Assembly (NCBI GenBank): GCA_002104905.1
Contig: MCFE01000791.1
Location: 1-36,094, forward strand
DNA: 36,094 nt
DNA from: Basidiobolus meristosporus CBS 931.73
Lineage: Eukaryota > Fungi > Basidiobolomycota
Direction: 5' to 3'
Shown here in pieces: positions 11,490 to 22,867 of the stretch. Position 1 is the stretch's first letter; each line of letters begins with the position of its first letter. A program made the translations under genes and the position numbers. The notes beneath the pieces are model-generated. The model ran no database searches. It had not been told where the DNA came from and saw only the letters and a program-made list of their open reading frames with translations.

Positions 11490-12973
11490 ATGTTTCGCCC
11501 ACTACCATTGACTCGCTCGTTGGCCAAGGTTTCAGCTACCCCAGTTAGAGGTTTCTCTTCGGTAGGCATACTGCATAGATCCTGATTGATCCAACTGTGT
11601 TTCAAGATACTGATCCAAGATTCATTCAACAAGGCCCGTTCAGCCGCTCCACCCACATCTAACCAAATGAGCCATGTTCTCGCCGGTTTCGCTGGTGGAA
11701 GTGCTGTCGCAATCGGAGGTAAGAGCTTCACTAAGTTTAAAATTCCTTCTCTCTTCGGAGTACGGTCTAACCTTATCTGTGTGTAGGGTACGGATGGTAT
11801 AAGTACTCTGGGGCCAAGGAAATCGTAGCCAAGACGCAGAACTCTCTACAAACTATTCAGGACGTTCAGGCCAAAATACCCCCACCAGGTGTGCTGGTGA
11901 ATGTCGTGAAGGGCTTTATGGGTCCTTTACTCGTCTCCGTTCCAGGTGCTCAGGGCCTGCTTGATCATATCCAGAAGCTAGAAGATACCCATGGCCCAGA
12001 GATCCAAAAGCTCTGGCACGATACCGTCAAGGAGGTATCCGATTTGACAGCTAATGGATGGGATGAGGATTCCACCAAAAATGCCACCGAGATCATCAAG
12101 CAGAGCATCGATCGTGTCCAAGAATTGGCCAAAAACATTGCTGGTGACGCGAGCGAACAGTTGTTGAGTACCTTCCCTCAAGTCAAGGATGCACTCGGAG
12201 GAAGCATTGAAGAACTGAAAGAGCTTTCTGGAAAAGGTGGCGATGAGGCCAAGGAGCTCCTTTCCAACACATTTTCAAAAATGAAGAAAATCCTCGACGG
12301 AGGAATGAACGAAAACACCATCGAGGAAATCAAGAAGTTGATCGACGAAAACAAACAGGAGGTGAAGAAGCTGGTTAACCAAGCGGGAGAGCTAGCTTGG
12401 GATAAAGGAATTGCGCTTGCCGGCCCGTTCCTCGATAAAATGCCAGAGGTAAAGAAGGAAGCTGAAAAGGCAAAGGACTTACTGTCTGAAGTCTCCAAAG
12501 AGCATGGCCCACAGTTGATGGATATGGCCAACGATCTTATGTCCCAGCTAAAGAAAATCTCGGAGAAGGGTGTAAACGAGGAGACTATCAAGGAAGCCAA
12601 AACTCTGGTGGAGAAGAAGTTATCGGAGCTCAAGGGCCTAAAGGGGGGGGTTAAGCAGCAAACCTGGCAAAAGGCTGAAGAGCTGGCAGAACCAGTTTTA
12701 AAAAAGGTTCCCGAATTAAAGCAGGTGGTAGATAAAAGCATCCCTGAAATGAAGTCTATTGCCGAAAGAAAGGGTCCTGAAGCATTCAAGATCATCAAGG
12801 ATACATACGCTGATATCCAAAAGATCGCTGAGAAAGGAGCCAATAAGGAGACCATCCAAGAAGGAAAGGAGTTGTTAGAAAAGAGACTCGAAGAGCTCAA
12901 GAAACTTGCTGATCAAGCCAAACAGGAGGGGGAAAAGGTAGGCAAGGAAGCCCAAAGAGAAATCAAAGAGTAG
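11490..12973 (+). CDS. Three-exon gene join(11490..11561,11634..11718,11787..12973), ~447 aa; predicted mitochondrial presequence, TM helix and helical repeats (fungal apolipoprotein/apolipophorin-like family)
   Basis: MFRPLPLTRSLAKVSATPVRGFSS is Arg-rich and acid-free. Intron 1 is GTAGGC..CTGAT..AAG (acceptor 11606 is an in-frame alternative) and intron 2 is GTAAGA..CTAAC..TAG; both keep frame. TM segment LAGFAGGSAVAIGGYGWYKYSGAK. TATAA at 11422-11426. Confidence 0.8.
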
Positions 12974-13957
12974 AGCTTACCATATATGTAAAATAAAATC
13001 ATGTATCATATATATGACTTGATCGATTTATATGGAATGGGCTACTCAAACGGGACGCTCGGCACGAGGCAAATAAGAGAAATCGTACTGAACTAGACTG
13101 ACTGACAAATATAGCATTTACTATTCGAAATATTGATCTGTAGCAGATCGAATGAAGCAACTGTTTTCCAGTCGAATCACTGCCCAACAGGGTATCAAGA
13201 TCCCCATTGTATCGATGTTCTCATGGATGGTGATGAGCACTAAAGCAGTGTAAAGGCAGATTTCTGAAACACTGATGACTGGTTCCTTTCCATGATGGCT
13301 GCGTTGTATATACAGAGCACTGTTTCAAAGAAGCGTTATGTTAGTGAAGCGTATAGCTACTTAAGTGTGAGTGTAGATAATGTGGAAGTCATAGGGTAGA
13401 TTCGGGGTGGCAGCGGCTGTTACTGCATGAATGTGTTCAAACTAATATACGTCTTTACACGTGCAACGTTTATTGTGTTACTTGATATTTATTTGTAGGA
13501 AATTGTGAGTGCATGCTATTTCGTTCTATTGTTTCTGGTCTCTAATTTCCTCATTAAATCACAACCGAGTCTTGCCTATTTTCTATGCTTTCCTTTTGAC
13601 CTAGGTTTCCACTTCACGCTGTAGCAAAATACCGATTCCACTCTCGCTATATCCGTACCTGCCTAGAGATTGGATGAGCAGATAGTCATCTGCCAGGCCA
13701 CACTGGAATTTTACAACAGAGTTGTTGTACCTGTTGTTTTGTTATATATGCGGGTTAGACTGTCGGTAACCATCCTACTAAGCAGCCCTCGAAAGAATTC
13801 CTATGGTTTATCAACAGTATTGCTCAATACTACCTTCTGGTTGGCTACCACATACGTATGAATAAAATAAAATTGAGGTTTGCCTTCGAGGGAAATTTCA
13901 ATATGTCCCTGATTTATCTTGGCTCCCATAATTGCAACCTACTATGAATCCGCAGGA

Positions 13958-13965
13958 TTTATAAG
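13958..13965 (+). promoter_or_regulatory. TATA box of U6 gene
   Basis: TTTATAAG about 25-30 nt upstream of the inferred U6 start, the usual position for Pol III U6 promoters. Confidence 0.55.
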
Positions 13966-13986
13966 TGATTTAGAATTCACACGTTT

Positions 13987-14017
13987 GTCAAGTTCTTCGG
14001 GACCTCTGACACTTGAA

Positions 14018-14048
<31 letters not shown>

Positions 14049-14110
14049 GGCCCCTGCACAAGGATGACACGTAAATCTTGAGTGGACACCTCTTCGGAGG
14101 ACATTTTTTT
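13987..14110 (+). ncRNA. U6: U6 spliceosomal snRNA
   Basis: Conserved core AATTGGAACGATACAGAGAAGATTAGCATGGCCCCTGCACAAGGATGACAC (ACAGAGA box, AGC triad, ISL). 5' stem GTCA-GTTC(TTCG)GGAC-TGAC. Ends in a T8 Pol III terminator at 14104-14111. Confidence 0.95.
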
Positions 14111-14561
14111 TGTACACCAATCTTTAAACAAGATTATCTGCCAAAAAGCTGCATGCCCTATGTTGCAAGATAGCAATGACTATTCCACTAAAATCCGAAT
14201 TGCAGAAATAATGTTTCTGCGATTACTCAACCAACATTTGGAACACCGTCCGATACGGCCGGCATCTATTTCTCCATATCCCTGGTCTTAGCTAAAAGTT
14301 ACGGTTTGCACGTACTCAGTTTCTTCCAGAGCATTCTCGATCCCAGCGCCTCAGTCCAGTCTAGCTCATTCCTGCTATGCACTCAAGGTCCGTGGCGTGA
14401 CTCGAACGCATATGTTATGCTAGATTGCTTATAAACACAGAAATCAATTGGCTGGATTTTAAGGCACGACAGGCGAAGCTGTATCATTAATACGATGATG
14501 ATATGAAGCGTTCGAGATGAACAAAGCGACTACATAAGTCCATGCGAACACCGATGGTACC

Positions 14562-15027
14562 ATGGCGGAAGTGATACTCTTGGACATTCGGGCGACACTA
14601 CCTATCATGGCTGGGTTTGTTCAACAGCTATATGTCATCAATGGAGTCGCCGATGTCTCGCTAGATTTTGTTTAGAGACTGCAAACAGAAGACAGAGATG
14701 CGGCTACCATTCGTGTATACGAGAACGAGTCACTCTTGGTGAATCTCTGTGTGGGAATCCAAGGAGGATCTATTCAACTTCATCTACCGATCGGATCACA
14801 GGCATGTCTTGAAGCAACGACGACAGTGGTTTGAACGCTGGCAGGGCCCTTATACAGTACTTTGGTGGGTCAAACGAGGACATATTCCTACCCTTCAGGA
14901 GGCAAAGGAGCATCTGGGATATTTGGCTCAACATGGAGAGTCTCTTTATGCCTTTTCCTTTGCTATTCCTTCCCTCCGCCTTCCGAATGACCACCATTTT
15001 GTAGGGGGGAATATTAAATCAGTATAG
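14562..15027 (+). pseudogene. DUF3291-like (mainly bacterial family) pseudogene
   Basis: IMAGFVQQL..IN.VAD.S..FV*RLQTED.DA.TIR..LLVNL / VWES...FIYRSDH..VL..RRQWF...YTVLWWV..GHIPT..EAK...L..HG...AFSF matches my recollection of DUF3291. TAG at 14673-14675 replaces the conserved Trp, and there is a frameshift at ~14745-14748. Confidence 0.8.
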
Positions 15028-15403
15028 GTGGCAAATGCTTGACAAGGTTGTTTACCTGGAGGTAGCCCAATATAGGTTACATCCACCTTAACTCAGATCT
15101 GTGCTACGGATGATGATGATTCTGTCGGATTGAATCCATATAGTAGCAAGAAGACCATTGCTCACGTGGGAATTTAAGGTGCAAAAGAGACCGAAAGAGT
15201 ATCTGCAAATCGACAATGCATTTAGATTAACCCAGTATTAGAGGGGAGGTGTCTGGGAATACATAACTAAGCCTTCAGGTTCAAACTACCTATCTAGTAG
15301 TCGAGGAATTCATTCCAAGATACTATGGAGTTGTTTATTTCGTCCAAGTTTACGAAAATACTGTTGATGAGGTAGTAGCCAACCGCTCTCGATCTCAATT
15401 CAG

Positions 15404-15822
15404 ATGAAAAACTTCCCTCTTCCCATAGCCCTTCTCGTCTGTTTTACCTGGGCTACCGAGGCTCTACAAGAGCTTGATAAGTAGCAGCCTTGGGAAGCAA
15501 ACACGATTACTCCCACGTGGTCTTCAATACTCCGGCTGAGGGAGCTCATTGGAGACCTGGTAGGGTTGTTACTCTTGGTTGGGAGCTGAGGGAGGATTGC
15601 GGCCTTAGTTGTGACTCTGCCACTACGTATGACCTCAGGCTCTACAACAACTTGGAGTATTCTATTGCCAATGGTGTGCCTCTAGTCAAGGACACTTTGC
15701 ATAGGACCATGGTTGAGAACCTTAGTAACCAAACCTTCATATATGAGTGGAAGGTCCCAAGTATCGGTACACAAGGAGTCAATCCCAACCTCTATTGCAT
15801 TAGAGTTAATTCCTCTTCATAG
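15404..15822 (+). pseudogene. Frame-disrupted small secreted protein, possibly with a Kre9/Knh1-N-like beta-sandwich
   Basis: Signal-peptide ORF MKNFPLPIALLVCFTWATEA.. stops at ~15482, and a -1 frame continues VVFNTPAEGAHWRPGRVVTLGW..YDLRL..YEWKVP..YCIRV. No usable intron seen. Could be a sequencing indel. Confidence 0.5.
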
Positions 15823-15953
15823 CAATAAGTCACCCAAATCAATAATTGGTATGAATAAAAGCATATACAGCCTGAGATGAAGATAGTTCCTTTTTAGTGC
15901 ATGCTATTCATTTATTTGGCATGGCATGTATGCTGATCTGATTAAAGTATTAC

Positions 15954-16309
15954 TGTTGTAAGAGTCTCGGAGGTATTGGAAGTGATTGGGAGAGCAAGTA
16001 GATTATGTGGTTTTCACTTGATCATTTATTGAATGTAAAAGCAGTATGTATACTTTTACATGGTCATAACATAACAAGCACATAGAATATGTTTAGGAAG
16101 ATCCCAAGAACATGTGTGCAAAGTTTAGGGCTGTTTGCACAACTTATCTAATTCTCATGTTCTGGGTTCTTGATATTTTGGTGAAAATATTCCAAGTAAA
16201 TCCCCACAAGGAATTTGGTCAGTATTCTCGAAAATCTGTAGGTAATGATCTCAGTGACTAAGCTAGGTCATTATTTAGGTGGAATTACAAATTTGCAGCA
16301 CTTTCAACA
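15954..16309 (-). mobile_element. Copia-family LTR, complete (356 bp)
   Basis: TGTTG...CAACA termini; colinear with the reverse complement of 1322-1731. Confidence 0.85.
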
Positions 16310-16424
16310 GTCTACACCATTAGAAATCCTTTAATTGTAGAAAAACTGAAGGCCAAGCTCTGCCCACAGCTTCCAGGGACCCTTCTTGGAGCATTCCCTA
16401 ACAGGGGTTTTGCAAAGTTCCTCT

Positions 16425-17235
16425 TGTTGTAGGAGACTTGGAGATATTGGAAGTGATTGGGAGAACAAGTAGATAACGTGGATTTCACTTCATGATTTAT
16501 TAAATGTAAAAGTAGTATATATACTTTTACATGGTCTTCGCATGACAAAATTGTAGAATAGGCTTAGGAAGGTTCCAAGAGCATGTGAGCAATGTTTAGG
16601 GCTGCTTGGACAACTTATATAACTTTCATATTCTGGGTTCCAGATATTTTGGCAAATATATTCCAAGTCAATCCTGGCAAGGAATTTGGTCAGTATTCTC
16701 TAAGATTTGTAGGTAATGATCTCAGTGACCAAGTTAGGTGATTAGTTAGGTGGAATAACAAATTATCACTACACTCCCACTCAACTAAATGTTCATACTG
16801 ACTAGTCCAAATTTTGACTCAAGATATTCAAACTTGTCTATAGCTAATGGTTTGGTAAGTATGTCTGCAATCATTTCATCTGTAAGACAGTAAGATAAAT
16901 AAACTAAGCTATTTTGTATGGTTTCACGTATGAAATGATGTCTGATGTCTATGTGCTTAGTTCTGACATGAAATGTTGGATTTCTACCAAATTGTATACA
17001 TCCTTAATTATCTTGAAATAAGGTAATATGCGTTGTTTGACATAAGCTTAAATCTTTAAAAAGCTTCCTTAACCACATTGCTTCTTTTGTAGCTTTGCAG
17101 GCTGCCTTGTACTCAGCCTCTGTGGTAGAAAGTGTTATGGTTGGCTGCTTACTTGAATTCCATGAAATTGCTCCTTAACAGTAAAGAAAGGTTTATCCTG
17201 TGGTGGATCTTCTGTATTCTAAATTTTGTCCCAGA
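16425..17235 (-). mobile_element. Copia 3' end: degenerate RNase H (16785-~17235), PPT (16774-16782), 3' LTR (16425-16773)
   Basis: Minus strand reads RRSTTG*..GAISWNSSKQPTITLSTTEAEYKAACKATKEAMWLRKL...KHIDIRHHFIRE...DEMIADILTKPL, then GAGTGGGAG and the LTR. Confidence 0.92.
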
Positions 17236-17257
17236 ACATGAAAATAAAATATGTTGT

Positions 17258-17436
17258 TCAAACAGCCTCAAACTTTGCACACATGCTCTTAGGACCCCCC
17301 TAAACCTATGCTATGTGCTTGTTATGCAAGACCATGTAAAAGTATAAATACTACCATTACAAGCAATAAATCATGAAGTGAAAACCACATTATCTACTTG
17401 TTCTACCAATTACTTCCAATATCTCCAAGACTCTTA
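17258..17436 (+). mobile_element. Copia LTR 3' fragment (opposite orientation)
   Basis: aaacagcctcaaactttgcacacatgctcttagg...tacttccaatatctccaagactctta matches 1489-1730. Confidence 0.8.
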
Positions 17437-17610
17437 TAGCATTTTTCACCCATGACAATATCTCAAAGGCCTCTTTCCTGTAGCAGTATCTTTATCTTCA
17501 CCTTGCACACTTGGTGGTTAGATCCATCTCACTTTTCAGCATAGGGAGATATTCAAGTAATAGCAGTAGTGGACATTGCAGAGAGTGACAGATTGGGGCT
17601 CATGACCTGT

Positions 17611-17955
17611 TCTGAGGGACTTGGAGATATTGGAAGTGACTGGGAGAACAAGCAGATAAAGTGGTTTTCACTTATTAATTTATTGAATGTGAAAGTAGTA
17701 TTTACACTTTGATATGGTCTTGGTATAACGAACACAAAGAGTAGGTTCAAGAAGGTCCCAAGAACGTGCATGAAAGTTTCAGGGCTGTTTGGACAACTCT
17801 GAGAATTTTAATGTTCTGGGTACCAGCTATTTTGGTTAAATGTTCCAAGTAAATCCCAACAAGGAATTTGGTCAGTATACTCTAGAATTTGAAGGTAATG
17901 ATCTATGTGACTAAGTTAGGTGAATATTCATGTGGAATTATAAATTATTACAACA
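17611..17955 (-). mobile_element. Copia LTR, near complete
   Basis: gacttggagatattggaagtg...ggaattataaattattacaaca is colinear with 16425-16773. Confidence 0.8.
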
Positions 17956-18661
17956 CCTCTCAGAGTAGAAATATCTCACTTAACCTCAAAAAGTACATAT
18001 CATGTAATTCTACTAGTTCTCCAAATTACTTCCAATACTCCATAGAGTCTTGCAATACTTTTGTTATACTTTCTTGTGGACACCATACCCATGATTGGAT
18101 ATGCTTGCAAGAAAGCCAGCATATGATAGTACATATCTCTTGTTAAGATAAATCTTTGAGAATTCTGAGCAAATTTCTTGGAGGGATTTACTTGATAATC
18201 TGAATATGCTATTGTGCCGAATTTCAACCAATTTTCCTGCACCGTTGAGAGTGTGGGTGCTGGCAAAACCCGCATATGCGTGGCACATCTTCACTAGATC
18301 TGGTCCGAACCGATTCAGTGTCCAGCCATTTCCAAATGATTATTCGAGTTCAACCTGTGGATATTCCCAATCCTTTAAATACACAGGACATCTGATTTGC
18401 CAGGAGAGTTCAAACATCGCTTCATATATACAAGCTAGGATTGAGAGTAACGAATATGCGTTTAAGACCGTATTCATCTGCTGCACGAGGGTCTCGTAAC
18501 ATGCTACAACTTACGTAATGATGGGCATGACCGCTGATGATAATCAGGGAGGTCTACAGAAACCACTATTCTTTACTATGACACTTGGTATTGCATTCCG
18601 GATTGACTTTATTTCAAGGTAACTGCTCTCGCCAATTGGATAAGCCCACAGCAATCATGAT

Positions 18662-19060
18662 TTAGCTACAGTTCCCAACATAGTTGACAGTCAGCTCGCC
18701 ATGGTTGACGTCATTATCCCCAGGATAGCCCAGTGGCACACTGCCACACACATTGCAGCCATGGTTCTGCAATTCGTGGAGTAGTGAGCATGCCTTGGAG
18801 GCAGAGATGGAGCTGCCGGTCTTCTGGGTGAAGGCGGCAATGCCACCAAGGATATGGCAGTTGGTTGCGATTCTTACCCCGGGTCCATAGATGTTCCCAC
18901 CAGGAAGACTGCAGACCTTAGCCACGAGTTGGTTCAGACTATTCCCAGTGGTGGCGCATTCACTACTCCCACGGCAATTGATGCCAAGGGCGTCGACCTG
19001 AGTCAAGAGCACCATGCTAAGGATGGCGGTGATTCCAGCAGTAACGGTTGAGGCTTTCAT
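18662..19060 (-). CDS. KP4: KP4 killer toxin-like secreted protein, copy 1 (132 aa)
   Basis: 24-aa signal peptide, then LGINCRGSS.C...NHGC.VCGS.PL...NDV..G.LTVNYV..C, the termini and Cys pattern of Ustilago maydis virus KP4. Confidence 0.95.
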   Translation of the reverse strand: MKASTVTAGITAILSMVLLTQVDALGINCRGSSECATTGNSLNQLVAKVCSLPGGNIYGPGVRIATNCHILGGIAAFTQKTGSSISASKACSLLHELQNHGCNVCGSVPLGYPGDNDVNHGELTVNYVGNCS

Positions 19061-19109
19061 GTCGAAGTGCGGCTATCGGTTGATGGTCTTTGAGAGTCGG
19101 GACAGCACC

Positions 19110-19116
19110 TTATATA
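19110..19116 (-). promoter_or_regulatory. TATA box of KP4-like copy 1 (also 21479-21485, 23316-23322, 25170-25176, 27791-27797)
   Basis: TATATAA on the minus strand ~50 nt upstream of the ATG, conserved in all five copies. Confidence 0.7.
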
Positions 19117-20778
19117 CCCAAGCCATTGCCAACAGACTGGGCATAGCCCACGCCTTGACGGCTTGCTGGTGGATGGACTGCATTGACGAAAATCATATAC
19201 AAAATAGGCGCGGCAGGAAGTCGAGTGTTTTTCCGTTCCATGTCACCTAGGTGCATCTTTTGTGCGACAAGTGAGCTTTATCACCCACAAGACCATCCGG
19301 ATTGAGGTGGTCTACTGGGGAGGCTGACCCGAACACCATCAATAGTGGTGCAGTATCCACCCCCACCCCCATATATCACTGGTCAAGCATACTGCTATTC
19401 ATTGGGCTTTTCGAGATGAATTGTGTAGCCTGGCCCTAAATGTGCCATTCCTCTCCCTACTGGAGTGTTCAGCCTGATGTTATTAGTAATCCAGGACTCG
19501 GTTCAGCTATTGAGCACTAAGAGATCAGCTTTGCTCTCGGCTATTATTTCTAAATATGTAATGGCGCACCATACCTCAGCTGCTCTCAAATGCGATAACT
19601 AGCCTACCCAGATCCTTTACTACCTAAATGCATATCTCATACACTGAAGTAATGATGGGGAAATTCCTCAAAGTTTCAGGTTATAACCGTTAAGTGGGAA
19701 AGTATCATCCATACCCTTTGAACTCTTAGATTCTAGGGTACTGGGATATTTGAATAATGGCCTATTACCGTGTTAGTTATCGAATTTGAGTCTTGGTCTT
19801 ACTTGACAGTTTCCTTCTTATTAGCTGGGAGACATTTACTCAGGAGAAATGAACCGAAAATTCTTTCTATTGGAATAGTAATATATGCAGAGGTAAGTTG
19901 TTGTGTAATCAGTGATGAAGATTACCGAAGTTGTATGGGATAGAGCTAGACATCGAGCCGTAATTTTCTGGCTGTGTACTAAAATGAAGATAAAATTCAC
20001 TGTCATGGTACCCTAAGAGATACCAAAGAAAGGTGCTTTTCTTCAACAAGAATCCCGCTTTAGGGGGCCTTAAAGTACCAAAGGTAAAGGCGATTGTATG
20101 TCTGTAGAATTCTGGCTTCAATAAAATTACATTGTCAAATGGATTAGATTGCAAATCATTACTTGATTGCGGTCAGGTACAAACTAGGTGAAGCGGGTAA
20201 AGCCGTTTGGCGTGTATTCAAGTCATATAACCAGAGGATCGCTGCCATTACTTTCTATCTTGTATAGCAGATACTAAGGAATCCCAAGGGTATAAAATCC
20301 AATGTCTAGTCATACACCAAGTTGTCGCATATTGCAATCGCCCAGCACTTGTATTAGCAAAGTGTTTATTTTCGTAAATCCGGACCGCATCTCTGTTGGC
20401 GTGGGCCCCAAACAAGTCATATGGGCAATTTTTTCGGAAAGAATGGGGTTTTCCGTGGTCTAAATAACAGTAGAAGTAGATGCTCTGCCTCATATGGCGC
20501 AAACCGAGTGACAGAAAAAGTGGATTTCGGTTGGGTGTTTTGATCCGAACTGAACAAAGAGAGTGGGGGATCGGTAAATACATTAAAAATCAAACATTGA
20601 AGAGTTCCGCTCGACGTTTACGACAATCGTGAATGTGAGCCAACTATGTGAATTTGCGTATCGATACTTCAGAGATACGGCTGTGATTGGTTCGCTACAG
20701 TGGAACGTTAGTGGTTTTTATGTGATACAGGGCGACCTAACCACTTCGACTCTTATGCATTGCTGAGGAAATGCTGGG

Positions 20779-22005
20779 TACAATTGGCATTTTAAGACTT
20801 GTTCTGTTGATAGACTTATATAGGACCATTGTGTGACCTTGTTCATATGCTGGATAAGGGCCTCGCAATATACTACAACCTACCTAATGCTGGGCATGAC
20901 TGCTGATGATAATCAGGGAGGTCTACAGAAACCACTATTCTTTACTATGACACTTGGTATTGCATTCCGGATTGACTTTATTTCAAGGTAACTGTTCTCG
21001 CCAATTGGATAAGCCCACAGCAATCATGATTTAGCTACAGTTCCCAACATAGTTGACAGTCAGCTCGCCATGGTTGACGTCATTATCCCCAGGATAGCCC
21101 AGTGGCACACTGCCACACACATTGCAGCCATGGTTCTGCAATTCGTGGAGTAGTGAGCATGCCTTGGAGGCAGTGATGGAGCTGCCGGTCTTCTGGGTGA
21201 AGGCGGCAATGCCACCAAGGATATGGCAGTTGGTTGCGATTCTTACCCCGGGTCCATAGATGTTCCCACCAGGAAGACTGCAGACCTTAGCCACGAGTTG
21301 GTTCAGACTATTTCCAGTGGTGGCGCATTCACTACTCCCGCGGCAATTGATGCCAAGGGCGTCGACCTGAGTCAAGAGCACCATGCTAAGGATGGCGGCG
21401 ATTCCAGCAGTAACGGTTGAGGCTTTCATGTCGAAGTGCGGCTATCGATTGATGGTCGTTGAGAGTCGGGACGGCACCTTATATACCCAAGCCATTGCCA
21501 ACAGACTGAGCATAGCCCACGCCTTGACGGCTTGCTCGTGGATGGACTGCATTGACGAAAATCATATACAAAATAGGCGCGGCAGGAAGTCGAGTGTTTT
21601 TCCGTTCCATGTCACCTAGGTGCATCTTTTGTGCGACAAGTGAGCTTTATCACCCACAAGGCCATCCGGATTGAGGTGGTCTGCTGGGGAGGCTGACCTG
21701 AACACCATCAATAGTGGTGCAGTATCCCCACTCACCCTCATATAATACTGGTCAAAAATACTGCTATTCATTGGGCTTTTCGAGATGGATTGTGTAGCCT
21801 GGCCCTAAATGTGCCATTCCTCTCCCTACTGGAGTGTTCAGCCTGATGTAATTAGTAAGCCGGAACCTGGATCTGCTGTTGCTCTACCTGTAGTTAGGTT
21901 TGCCCCGGCTATTATTTCTAAACATGTGATCATGGATCAGGAACTGACTATTCCACAATGTGATGGGATGCTCTATCCGATCATTTACAATCTTACTTTA
22001 TATTG
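20779..22005. repeat. ~1.2-kb block nearly identical to 24471-25695 (KP4 copies 2 and 4 with flanks)
   Basis: Shared from tacaatt(g/t)gcattttaagacttg through atcatttacaatctta; scattered substitutions only. Confidence 0.9.
21031..21429 (-). CDS. KP4: KP4 killer toxin-like secreted protein, copy 2
   Basis: As copy 1; the only copy with S62T in the mature domain. Confidence 0.95.
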   Translation of the reverse strand: MKASTVTAGIAAILSMVLLTQVDALGINCRGSSECATTGNSLNQLVAKVCSLPGGNIYGPGVRIATNCHILGGIAAFTQKTGSSITASKACSLLHELQNHGCNVCGSVPLGYPGDNDVNHGELTVNYVGNCS

Positions 22006-22018
22006 CATATTCTGAACC

Positions 22019-22042
22019 ATATAATAATAATAATAATAATAA
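22019..22042. repeat. (ATA)n microsatellite
   Basis: About 8 tandem ATA units. Confidence 0.85.
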
Positions 22043-22867
22043 AGGAATTCATCCAAGTTTCATATTAACGCATCTAAGTGAAGAAATATCATCATTTTCT
22101 TTTGAGCTCTGGGAGCCCATGATATATGGTTACTAGAGTATTTAAAGATTGACACGGTTACCCAGTTTGTGTTTGAGTCTGTGCAGCTAATTCTGCTTCT
22201 ATAGCACAGCTAGCCATCATAACACAGTAATTTTGTTCAGATTAGAGCTTAGCAAAGTCGATATACGAGATCCGGAGTTTTGATCGCAGCGCAGAGAGCT
22301 TGGCATCCAGGCCAAACAATATTATTACATAGAGAAAAGCCAAGGCAAACTGGTGTTGTCAGACAAAGCTGGGCCGTGTAGCCGTAGGGATCAGCAGTAA
22401 TGGCAGCTTCATTTAAAATCAATGCAGAAGTTTGAATATTATTTTTCAGCCAGTGTTGACGATGCTGAAGCAAGTTAGAAAGTGACAGATTGGCAAATGC
22501 TGCATAATAAAATCATAGAGCAGTTCGACTCAACTTTGGCGAGAACAATAAATTCGAGTGGTCTAGATAATTTTGCGTTTCGATGTTTCAAAGAGACGGC
22601 TGTAACTGGTAAATTACTGAAGAATGTTGGTGGTTTTCATGTGATACAGGGCGATCTAATCACCTTGGCACACATATATTGCTGAAAAAATTCTTGTAAC
22701 CCGAATGTACTACAGCTTGAGTAATGCTGGACATGACCACTGATGAAAATTAATCAGATCTACAGAAACCACTTTCCTTTAATACTCCACTTGGTATTGC
22801 ATTTCAGATTGACTTTATTTCAAGGTGACTACTCTCGCCAATTGGATAAGCCCACAGCAATCATGAT

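Noticed and set aside
12178-12900. 240-aa Ser/Phe-rich antisense ORF
   Set aside because: Antisense reading of the Lys/Glu-rich helical repeat gene.
13230-13278. GTGATGA..CTGA..CTGATGA resembling C/D snoRNA boxes
   Set aside because: No terminal D box or terminal stem found downstream.
14390-14460. Possible tRNA on the minus strand around GTTCGAGTC
   Set aside because: The T stem and acceptor stem do not pair and no cloverleaf forms; kept only as a possible B box.
15954-16309. Clean solo LTR formed by LTR-LTR recombination
   Set aside because: The 5-bp flanks do not match, so no TSD supports it.
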